In this document: one piece after another, positions 9,043-16,874 of the stretch
Position numbering within the stretch: position 1 is the first letter of the stretch
Layout: each line of letters begins with the position of its first letter
Source: an uncultured bacterium
GTDB lineage: Bacteria > Bacillota_I > Bacilli_A > RF39 > UBA660
Direction of reading: 5' to 3'
Assembly (NCBI GenBank): GCA_947169285.1
Contig: CAMVPB010000001.1
Coordinates: 77,226-141,225 of the forward strand
Length of the DNA: 64,000 nucleotides
Made by a program: the position numbers and the translations under genes
Notes under the pieces: model-generated
Told to the model about the DNA's origin: nothing
Databases searched by the model: none
Seen by the model: the letters and a program-made list of their open reading frames with translations, nothing else

Positions 9043-9339
9043 TTATTCTTTTATATCCATAGAACTATCATTCCATACAATATTAGAATAAATCTTTCTA
9101 TTATCTTTCTCATACTTAATAAATATTAAATTCTTATTGCTTAGTTTTGATAAACTTTTTGATATTGTTCTTGTTGATAATTCTAATTGTTGTGATAAGT
9201 ATTTATTAGTAGCTATACACACTCTTTTTATACACAGAGATACAATCATACCCATAACTAATTTATCAGTTGAATTTAGCTCTAATTTCTTTAAATCTGA
9301 TAATGGTACAATTGCATATTTCATATAATTACCTTTCAT
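9043..9339 (-). CDS. small winged-helix DNA-binding protein (HTH_36-like; candidate iteron/centromere-binding or replication regulator)
   Basis: 98 aa; ...VPLSDLKKLELNSTDKLVMGMIVSL...ATNKYLSQQLELSTRTISKSLSKLSNKNLIFIKYEK...; typical N-terminal wHTH of phage/plasmid replication proteins; iteron arrays lie in its upstream region. Confidence 0.5.
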   Translation of the reverse strand: MKGNYMKYAIVPLSDLKKLELNSTDKLVMGMIVSLCIKRVCIATNKYLSQQLELSTRTISKSLSKLSNKNLIFIKYEKDNRKIYSNIVWNDSSMDIKE

Positions 9340-9430
9340 CCATATATAATCCCCCTTTCTTTTGACAATAAAAAAGACCTGTGTTTCTTTTCACAAGTCC
9401 AATTCAAATCAAATAATTCTAAATGGATTT

Positions 9431-9467
9431 ACTTATAATTCTTCCACTTTACCATATCTTACCATGA
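9431..9467 (+). repeat. ~37-bp direct repeat copy 1 (ACTTATAATTCTTCCACTTTACCATATCTTACCATGAC); copy 2 at ~9678..9714
   Basis: 34/37 identical copies 247 bp apart, each followed 16 bp later by a five-unit 12-bp tandem array. Confidence 0.8.
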
Positions 9468-9483
9468 CTTTTATTGTTTGTAA

Positions 9484-9543
9484 ATGCAAATTTTCATGCA
9501 ATTTTATATGCAAGATGAGATGCAACTTCACATGCAAAATATT
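9484..9543 (+). repeat. tandem array A: five 12-bp repeats with ATGCAA core (ATGCAAATTTTC/ATGCAATTTTAT/ATGCAAGATGAG/ATGCAACTTCAC/ATGCAAAATATT)
   Basis: Exact 12-bp periodicity of ATGCAA at ~9484, 9496, 9508, 9520, 9532. Confidence 0.85.
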
Positions 9544-9730
9544 TGTAATTATTTCTTTGGAATACCGCATAAATACTAAGGAAATAAGCTTTTCATTATT
9601 TTAATTTTTTGAACAAAAATAATAGTCAAAAAATATAGTAAAAATATTTTTACTAATTTTTTTAAAATGATAAAGATGCTTATAATTTATCCACTTTACC
9701 ATATCTTATCATGCTTATAGGCACTTGTAC

Positions 9731-9790
9731 AGGAAAATTTTCAGGAAGTTTGAGAGGAAGTTATAGAGGAAGTATAAGAAGAAGTATCAC
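9731..9790 (+). repeat. tandem array B: five 12-bp repeats with AGGAAG core (AGGAAAATTTTC/AGGAAGTTTGAG/AGGAAGTTATAG/AGGAAGTATAAG/AAGAAGTATCAC)
   Basis: Exact 12-bp periodicity at ~9731, 9743, 9755, 9767, 9779; same position relative to direct-repeat copy 2 as array A relative to copy 1. Confidence 0.85.
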
Positions 9791-9939
9791 ATACACTTTT
9801 ATATGAAGTTTGTTTACATAAAAATTGGTATAAAGCTCTATAAATATTTATTAAATTGGTCTTCATTAATTATAATTATTTTCAAATTTTATTAGCAAAA
9901 AATGTATAAAAAAATAGAGGGTAATATCTTTAAAAATTA

Positions 9940-10548
9940 TTAAGATATAATATTGTATCCCTCATGCAAAATATATTTTTTACCATTGTATGCAAGCGCA
10001 TATTCTTCTGTTATATATTCACCTTTCATACATCTAATATAAAAATCTTCTAATTTGCTCTTATTTTGCTTTAAAAATTGTAATATTTTTTTTCTTTCTT
10101 TTACAGAAAATATATCTTCAAATTTAACGGAGTCATTTTTCATCTGTGTCATTGTGCTTAAAACAATTCTTACAAATTGCTTCTTTCTATAAGAATATAT
10201 ATGAACATGTGGTCTATTATGTGGTTCGCCATTGTTTACTCTTATTATAGCAATATCGTCAAAATCACAACCAGCACCTATTCCATATACATATAATAGT
10301 TTTATTTTTTTAAAATCATAATTAAAATTTTTTAAAAACTTTAACAGTTTAAAATCTAGTCTTGCTTTTTGCTCGACACCATTATGTTCAAAAGCAAACA
10401 ATGAAATCAAATTATCGCTTTCATCTTCTTTAAAAAGATCATTGTGTATTGAATCATACAAATCTTTTATTAACGTATTATTATCACAACTATACTTGTA
10501 TTCAAAAACTCCATCATTACGCGTATATATTTCAAACTCTAATTCCAT
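9940..10548 (-). CDS. hypothetical protein with DUF4160-like segment (..GEPHNRPHVHIY..)
   Basis: 202 aa; central NNGEPHNRPHVHIYSYRKKQF resembles the PPHfHv core of DUF4160; last gene of the UDG-containing minus-strand cluster. Confidence 0.3.
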   Translation of the reverse strand: MELEFEIYTRNDGVFEYKYSCDNNTLIKDLYDSIHNDLFKEDESDNLISLFAFEHNGVEQKARLDFKLLKFLKNFNYDFKKIKLLYVYGIGAGCDFDDIAIIRVNNGEPHNRPHVHIYSYRKKQFVRIVLSTMTQMKNDSVKFEDIFSVKERKKILQFLKQNKSKLEDFYIRCMKGEYITEEYALAYNGKKYILHEGYNIIS

Positions 10549-10646
10549 TCTTATTTATATTCATCCCATCCTAACACTTTGTGTGCCTTCATATAGTAAA
10601 TAATTACTAATTTCAATAAAATACATTTGAAAGCATCAAACTTGAG

Positions 10647-11174
10647 CTATCTATTTAGATTTCTTACTAATCTTTTTACTCTATCTTTACCCAATTCAAG
10701 ATTTTCTTTTTGAATTCTTTCGCTATTTTTATGAACACTGAAATTAAATTTTTCTCTAGTTATTTCTTCCGAATACATTTGCTTTAATTCATCAACCTTC
10801 TTTACATATTCGATAGCCTCTTCATCTGTCATTTTATTTAAATAGTCGGCCGCATCTTCTATGGATACTCTTTCAAATGTTTTAACAATTAATTTTCCTT
10901 TTTTGATTATTCTTAATTTTGCAGCATCTTCTATAGTTGATGCATAACTATGTGGTAACATAGAAAATACTGGGGTTCCGGTCACTATATCTTTTCCAAT
11001 AATTACTGTACTATATTCATCAGGATCAAATCCAAAAGCGCTACACTCGCAAGAGCCATAATACCCTTTATCTTTTTTCAGTACATATCTATATTCAATT
11101 AAAAGATCAAAATTCTTATCTCCACCTAAAATATTACATTTTCCATAATACTTTTCAAACATAAGTTCCTCCAA
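10647..11174 (-). CDS. hypothetical protein
   Basis: 175 aa ORF, no recognisable motif; 2-bp gap to upstream ORF. Confidence 0.4.
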   Translation of the reverse strand: MEELMFEKYYGKCNILGGDKNFDLLIEYRYVLKKDKGYYGSCECSAFGFDPDEYSTVIIGKDIVTGTPVFSMLPHSYASTIEDAAKLRIIKKGKLIVKTFERVSIEDAADYLNKMTDEEAIEYVKKVDELKQMYSEEITREKFNFSVHKNSERIQKENLELGKDRVKRLVRNLNR

Positions 11175-11175
11175 A

Positions 11176-11718
11176 TTAATTATTTTTTTTCATTTTTCTA
11201 GTAAATGATTGTAGTTCAACTTCATCACATTTACTATAATCTTCATTTTGAATTGAAAGATCAACAAGAGTTCTTAATTCAAAATCATCTAAATCTAAAT
11301 GATATTTTTTAAATTCTTCATCTATTTTAACAATTTCAGCAATTACATCATGAGCTTCTTTAGAAATTAATTTACCATCGTTATAATCTTCTAAAGATAA
11401 ATTAAATAAATCCTCAGACATTTGTAAGCTTAACTTTTCATTAAGTGCTATTCTCATATTAAATAGTTCTCTTAAATTAGAGTATTCTCTCTCAGTAATA
11501 ACACCTGTTTCTTGTAATCTATTAATTTTATATACTTGAATAATATCTTTATAGGTATAATCAATATAATTAGGCACACAAACATCTCTTTTATAATCAT
11601 CATCTTTAACAACTCTATAGCAGTCAGCGCCAACTTTAGTTGATGATAATCCCCCTCTTATTCTAAGACTTATATAATCAAACATGTCTTTTAAGAATTC
11701 TTTCTCATTATTATCCAT
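11176..11718 (-). CDS. hypothetical protein
   Basis: 180 aa ORF, acidic, no recognisable motif. Confidence 0.4.
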   Translation of the reverse strand: MDNNEKEFLKDMFDYISLRIRGGLSSTKVGADCYRVVKDDDYKRDVCVPNYIDYTYKDIIQVYKINRLQETGVITEREYSNLRELFNMRIALNEKLSLQMSEDLFNLSLEDYNDGKLISKEAHDVIAEIVKIDEEFKKYHLDLDDFELRTLVDLSIQNEDYSKCDEVELQSFTRKMKKNN

Positions 11719-11818
11719 AATTTCCTCCTATGTCTCAATATTATATATAAGTTATTTATGAAGTTCAATATTTTTTAATCATTTAAAAAATCATAGTTTT
11801 TGTTTAAACTATGACTAA

Positions 11819-12394
11819 TTATTTATGTAATGTTCTAACTTGCTCTTTTATAACATTTTCAAAAATTTTTGCATTTCCTTTATAACTTAATGGTGAAATT
11901 GGACTGGGATGATATATTGGTATTACAACAAACTCATTATAATTATAACATTGTCCAACTACATCACCAAATTTTGCATATTTAGTTTCTAATAACGTCC
12001 TTGTCACTACATCTCCTAAAGTAAGTACTACTTGTGGATTAATAATTTGTAATTGTTCTAATAAATACTTTCTACAATTGTTACTACACTCTTTTAAAAA
12101 CTTTCTATCTTTTGGGAAACACTTAATTGCCTCTAAAAAATATATATCATCTAAAGTATAATCAATTAGTTTTAATAATTTTTGTAAAACAACTCCAGAT
12201 GGTAATAATTTATAATTTTCATCATACCATGCTATTCCACTTTTTCTCCATCCATTATTTGCAGGTGCCTCTCCTAATATAACAATATCATTTTCTTTGC
12301 CAATTGAAACTGTTTTACTTTGAGGAAATTTTTCTACCAAATCTATACATAAATTACATTTATGTATTTCATTATCTATATCTGACAATTTCAT
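11819..12394 (-). CDS. uracil-DNA glycosylase superfamily protein (family 4-like, probable Fe-S type)
   Basis: 191 aa; motif A GEAPANNGWRKSG (GE[A/G]PG-type), motif B HPSPISPLS, N-terminal CNLC and later C..C residues consistent with family-4 4Fe-4S ligands. Confidence 0.7.
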   Translation of the reverse strand: MKLSDIDNEIHKCNLCIDLVEKFPQSKTVSIGKENDIVILGEAPANNGWRKSGIAWYDENYKLLPSGVVLQKLLKLIDYTLDDIYFLEAIKCFPKDRKFLKECSNNCRKYLLEQLQIINPQVVLTLGDVVTRTLLETKYAKFGDVVGQCYNYNEFVVIPIYHPSPISPLSYKGNAKIFENVIKEQVRTLHK

Positions 12395-12506
12395 TATTTT
12401 CTCCTTTATTTCTCACTATTATATACAAAGTTTTTATTTATTTCAATAAAAACCATTTAAAAAGCCACAGTCTTTTAACTGTAGCTTAAAAATTAAAATA
12501 TATTTA

Positions 12507-13133
12507 TTATGATCTCTTAAGAACTTTTGAAAGATCATCTTTTACAATTTTACCGCCATGTTCTAAATGATAGCCATCTTTTATTAAATAATTCTGTTTT
12601 AAACTAGGTCCATCATCTTCACATAATTCTAAATGGTAACCATCTTGAACTACATAAGAATAATTCTCATCTTCTTCATATTGTTCTAAATGATATCCTT
12701 CTTCTGGTGTATATGTAGATTCAACTAAATTTAATTTTTCAAGACTCCAACATTTATCAGTTTCTTCATCTAAAACATATCCAGCAGGTGCAACAGCGTA
12801 TGAAATATAAACAGTTTTATAACAACGCCCATCTTTACCTAAAATAAATCCTGCTGGTGCACAATATCTAGTTTCACCATCTTGTGTTATTGTAATTGGT
12901 TCTGTGTAAATAGTTGACTTTGTATAAAATCTATTTCCTTCTATAACATATCCGTTAACATAATCACTTTTCATAGCTTTAGAATCATTCTTTTTTTGAA
13001 GAGCTTTTGCACCGCAAAGTGTTAATCCTAAAGCTAGTGCAATACTATCAATAGCAATAGCAGTTTTTCTTAATACTTTAGATATCCTTTCTCCTTTATC
13101 AATTTCTAAAATTTCATAATTTTTATTTTTCAT
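12507..13133 (-). CDS. membrane-anchored protein with internal repeats (C-x-PAG-[FY]-x-L x2; [ED]GYHLE x3)
   Basis: 208 aa; hydrophobic segment AIAIDSIALALGLTLCGAKAL; repeats visible in translation. Confidence 0.4.
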   Translation of the reverse strand: MKNKNYEILEIDKGERISKVLRKTAIAIDSIALALGLTLCGAKALQKKNDSKAMKSDYVNGYVIEGNRFYTKSTIYTEPITITQDGETRYCAPAGFILGKDGRCYKTVYISYAVAPAGYVLDEETDKCWSLEKLNLVESTYTPEEGYHLEQYEEDENYSYVVQDGYHLELCEDDGPSLKQNYLIKDGYHLEHGGKIVKDDLSKVLKRS

Positions 13134-13217
13134 TTTAAAATATTTCCCCCTTTTAAAAAGTGTTTATATTATACCAAAAAACGTGTTAAAAGTCAATTTT
13201 AACCTCATTTTTTCTCT

Positions 13218-14117
13218 CTAGACATAGTTTATCTTTCGAATAATTTCTATAAGTTTTTTAGTACTAAAATTAGGTAAATGATTTTTTGATAATGCAACGC
13301 CTATGCATCTGCTTGGTATATTTTCTTTTATCTTTAATTCAAATAATTCTTTATTTTTTATTCTATCCTTAACATATTCTTTAGTTACATATCCAATTCC
13401 AAATCCGATTTTAGCAAATTCAACAACTAATGAATAGCTTGCAAGTTCAATATTAGGTTTAAGTACTACTCCATTTTTTCTTGCAATTTCATCTAAGAAC
13501 TCTCTAGTGTTAGAACCTTTCGATTGTAAAATTAAAGGATAATTATTTAAATCTTTCAAAGAAATTTCTTTATTAACTAATTCTTTATATTTACCATTTA
13601 CTACAAAACAATCATTTATTCTCTTACACTTCATTATTTGGATATCACTACCATAGTTTTTATCATTCAAATTTAATATCATTAAATCAATTAACCCGTT
13701 TTTTAGCTTTGATATTAAATCATTAGCAGTATTTGTTACAATTTGTATATTAATTTTAGGATGTAATAAATGAAATTCTTCTAAATAAGGAAGTAAAAAC
13801 TCTTTAGTTAGAGTTGCACTTATACCAATTTTAATACATCCTGTTTCTAGATTAATTAGATCAGTAAATTTATTTTCAGCATTATTAATATATTCAATTG
13901 CTTGCTTGATATAATTATAGAATTCTTCACCCTCTTCTGTAAGAATAACTCCTCTTTTAGTTCTAATGAATAATTGACCACCAAGTTGATCTTCTAAATT
14001 CTTAATTGATTTACTGATAGCAGGCTGTGAAATATTTAATTCTTCACTCGCTTTAGTAATATTTCCCTTATTTGCCACAACATAAAAAATTCTATACAAT
14101 TCAAAATCTATATTCAT
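13218..14117 (-). CDS. LysR-family transcriptional regulator
   Basis: 299 aa; N-terminal HTH ...KASEELNISQPAISKSIKNLEDQLG..LF.R.. typical of LysR. Confidence 0.85.
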   Translation of the reverse strand: MNIDFELYRIFYVVANKGNITKASEELNISQPAISKSIKNLEDQLGGQLFIRTKRGVILTEEGEEFYNYIKQAIEYINNAENKFTDLINLETGCIKIGISATLTKEFLLPYLEEFHLLHPKINIQIVTNTANDLISKLKNGLIDLMILNLNDKNYGSDIQIMKCKRINDCFVVNGKYKELVNKEISLKDLNNYPLILQSKGSNTREFLDEIARKNGVVLKPNIELASYSLVVEFAKIGFGIGYVTKEYVKDRIKNKELFELKIKENIPSRCIGVALSKNHLPNFSTKKLIEIIRKINYV

Positions 14118-14203
14118 AATAACCTCCAGTTATGATAAACATAATAAATATGTATTTTAATTATATAATAAATAACATTATAATACAAGTAGACAGGGAG
14201 GTA

Positions 14204-14791
14204 ATGAATATGATTATAGGTGTTTGTGGAAAATCCGGTAGTGGTAAGTCAACTTTATCTAATCAAATAGTAAAGTCAACTGACAATGCTGTACATTTAG
14301 ATATTGATAAAGTTGGACATAAAGTATTACTATTACCAGAAGTAAAAGATGAATTAATAAAAGCATTTAAAAGTATAATCGATGACTGTAATAACATCGA
14401 TAGAAAAAAACTTGGTGAAATTGTATTTGATTCAAGAAATAAAATGAATAAACTATCTGATATAACATGGAAATATATGCAAATAGAAATTGATAACTTT
14501 TTGAATGAAAATAAAAGTAAAACAATAATTTTAGACTGGATACTACTACCACACACAAAATATTTTAACATGTGTAATATTAAAATACTTTTAGATATCC
14601 CATATGAAATTAGAAAACAAAGAGCAATAAAAAGAGATAATATAACTGAAGAATTATTTGACTTAAGAGAAGAATCAAGTATTAACTTTAATGAAAAAGA
14701 TTTTGATTATGTACTAAAAAATAATGAGAAAGAGGTAACAAAAAAGCTGGTGAATCATTATGACAAAGGTATTGTATCCAGGAAGTTTTGA
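14204..14791 (+). CDS. coaE: dephospho-CoA kinase
   Basis: P-loop IGVCGKSGSGKSTL, ...VHLDIDKVGHKVL...FG....DRKKLGEIVF pattern of CoaE; immediately precedes and overlaps coaD. Start placed at ATG ~14204/14210 after GGGAGG RBS rather than the track start at 14132. Confidence 0.7.
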   Translation: MNMIIGVCGKSGSGKSTLSNQIVKSTDNAVHLDIDKVGHKVLLLPEVKDELIKAFKSIIDDCNNIDRKKLGEIVFDSRNKMNKLSDITWKYMQIEIDNFLNENKSKTIILDWILLPHTKYFNMCNIKILLDIPYEIRKQRAIKRDNITEELFDLREESSINFNEKDFDYVLKNNEKEVTKKLVNHYDKGIVSRKF

Positions 14792-15254
14792 TCCAATCAC
14801 TAAAGGACATATGAATATCATTGATCAAGCTAGTGAATTATTTGATGAAGTAATAGTAGCAGTCATGCAAAATCCATTAAAGAAAACTGGACTTTTTACT
14901 TTAGAAGAAAGAAAAGAAATCATTGATCATTTATATCAAAAAGCAAATAATGTAAAGGTTATATTAGGTAGTGGAGCTGCAGTTGATGTTGCAGTTCTTA
15001 ATAAATGTAAAGGAATTATTAGAGGACTTAGAAGTTTAAGTGACTATGATTATGAAGTTCAGTTACAACAAATAAATAAAGAAATATCAGATAATAAAGT
15101 AAATACAATTTGTTTATTTGCAGATAAAGAATATCAATTTGTATCATCAAGTATGGTTAAAGAAATTTTTAACCTAGGCAAAGATATTTCAAAATATGTA
15201 GATCCTGTAGTTCAAGAAAAAATGCTAGTAAAGAAAAGGAGTTTAATAAGATGA
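14760..15254 (+). CDS. coaD: phosphopantetheine adenylyltransferase
   Basis: MTKVLYPGSFDPITKGHMNII... canonical PPAT N-terminus; 164 aa. Confidence 0.9.
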   Translation: MTKVLYPGSFDPITKGHMNIIDQASELFDEVIVAVMQNPLKKTGLFTLEERKEIIDHLYQKANNVKVILGSGAAVDVAVLNKCKGIIRGLRSLSDYDYEVQLQQINKEISDNKVNTICLFADKEYQFVSSSMVKEIFNLGKDISKYVDPVVQEKMLVKKRSLIR

Positions 15255-16012
15255 GCAAAATAGCAATTACTCCACTAGGAACAGTATCACCTTATACAAA
15301 AGAAAATATGAATTGCCCTGGATTTTTAGCTGAATACAATAATCAAAAGATATTGTTAGATTGTGGTAATGGAATAACAAGGTTATTAAAATTTCCAAAA
15401 GTTTTAGAAAATTTAAATGTAATTATTACACATTATCATAAAGACCATTTCGGCGACATAGGTGCTATTCAATATGCATCATATGTATATCATAATTTAG
15501 GAACGCTTAACAGAAAAATTAAAATATATTTACCTAAAAATGATTTTGCATTTAATAAAAAAACAATAGTATCAAATAATGAAAGCTATGCAGAATATTT
15601 TGATATAAGTGATAATTCTAATTATTCATTAAAAGATTTAAATATATCTTTTCAAGATAATAAATCGCATAGTATTGAATCATACATGATAAAATTACAA
15701 AATAAAGATTTCAAAATAGTATATACATCTGATGTTGGTACTATTAACTTTGATAAATTAATAGAATTTTGTAAAGATGCTGATTTAATCATTTGTGAAA
15801 GTTCTTTTCTAAAAAAACATAGCACAAATAATAAATGCCACATTACAGCTTATGAAGCTGGTATTTTAGCAAGTGAATCTAATGCTAAAAGATTATTACT
15901 AACACATTTCTGGCCTGAAGAAGATAAAAACTTATATTTAAAAGAAGCTAAACAAAACTATGAAAATGTAGAAATTGCTAAAGAAGGTAAAAAGATTATT
16001 TTAAAGAGATAA
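15251..16012 (+). CDS. MBL-fold metallo-hydrolase
   Basis: HYHKDHFGD (HxHxDH) motif; 253 aa; 4-bp overlap with coaD. Confidence 0.7.
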   Translation: MSKIAITPLGTVSPYTKENMNCPGFLAEYNNQKILLDCGNGITRLLKFPKVLENLNVIITHYHKDHFGDIGAIQYASYVYHNLGTLNRKIKIYLPKNDFAFNKKTIVSNNESYAEYFDISDNSNYSLKDLNISFQDNKSHSIESYMIKLQNKDFKIVYTSDVGTINFDKLIEFCKDADLIICESSFLKKHSTNNKCHITAYEAGILASESNAKRLLLTHFWPEEDKNLYLKEAKQNYENVEIAKEGKKIILKR

Positions 16013-16018
16013 AAAACT

Positions 16019-16047
16019 GTGATGAAAATATCACAGTTTTATTTCTA
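16019..16047. terminator. bidirectional terminator hairpin CTGTGAT-gaaaat-ATCACAG with flanking A/T runs
   Basis: Seen in sequence between convergent MBL and NERD genes. Confidence 0.6.
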
Positions 16048-16094
16048 ATATATCCTTATCTTTATGTCTATTATTCTTTTTCTTTCTCTATTAA

Positions 16095-16871
16095 CTAATT
16101 TTTTGTAAAATTACATTTCGGATAATTTGAACATCCAGTAAAAGTTCCGTATTTTCCATTTCTAATAACTAGCTGACCTCCACATTTTGGGCATATCATA
16201 TTATTAATCTTTGTTTCCGTTTCATTTCTTTTATTCCTCGCATTTAAAACATGTTCTTTTCTTTTTTCTTTATCAACTATATTTAGTGTAGATATTTGAT
16301 TATAAACATTATCAACATTAATGTTTTTTTCTATATTGCTTAATTCTAATATTTTATTAGCTAAATCTTTTCTTTGAATAACTATACTATTTACATCAAT
16401 TCTCAAATCTGATTGATTAGTAAAACAAACAATTGATGTTAAATTTTTTTCATTAATATTTAATGCTTCACTAATAGATTTTATATGACCATAATTTTGG
16501 TGTATAGGATTTTTTAATTTATATTTCTTGCTACCTAAATGTTGATACCAATAGTAATCATTTTCTTTTCCAGTAATTAATCCTTTATAGCATTTTGTCT
16601 CTATAACAAATATTCCATATTTAGAAATAACAATGTGATCTATTTGGTGAGTTATACCATTTATTTCTAACATTACATCATCTAATACTTTATAAATATC
16701 ATTGGGCAATTCTTTTAATTTTTGGTCTACCGTCCATTCTCCAACATCGCCTATTACCTTAATTCTTAAAAAGAAGATTACAATACCTATTATGCCAATT
16801 ATAACAAATAGCCAAAATAGAGGATTATTTAAAAACAAAGCTTTTGTTAATTCATTTACAAATTCTTCCAT
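16095..16871 (-). CDS. NERD-domain protein with C-terminal topoisomerase-type C4 zinc ribbon
   Basis: 258 aa; N-terminal TM segment, NERD core (...IDHIVISKYGIFVIETK...), C-terminal CPKCGGQLVIRNGKYGTFTGCSNYPKC. Confidence 0.7.
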   Translation of the reverse strand: MEEFVNELTKALFLNNPLFWLFVIIGIIGIVIFFLRIKVIGDVGEWTVDQKLKELPNDIYKVLDDVMLEINGITHQIDHIVISKYGIFVIETKCYKGLITGKENDYYWYQHLGSKKYKLKNPIHQNYGHIKSISEALNINEKNLTSIVCFTNQSDLRIDVNSIVIQRKDLANKILELSNIEKNINVDNVYNQISTLNIVDKEKRKEHVLNARNKRNETETKINNMICPKCGGQLVIRNGKYGTFTGCSNYPKCNFTKN

Positions 16872-16874
16872 GCT

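Noticed and set aside
9362-9604. 80-aa plus-strand ORF (MTIKKTCVSF...CKCKFSCNFICKMRCNFTCK...)
   Set aside because: It lies across the ATGCAA 12-bp tandem array. The Cys-rich periodic peptide is a translation artefact of the DNA repeat (TGCAA -> C-K/N). No RBS is present.
9484-9790. Possibility that the tandem repeats are a CRISPR array
   Set aside because: Repeat period is 12 bp with no spacers. CRISPR repeats are 24-48 bp separated by unique spacers, and no cas genes are nearby.
14132-14210. Track start of coaE ORF at 14132 (MINIINMYFNYIINNIIIQV...)
   Set aside because: The N-terminal 24 codons are AT-rich leader. A GGGAGG RBS precedes the ATGs at 14204/14210, which place the P-loop at the expected N-terminal position.
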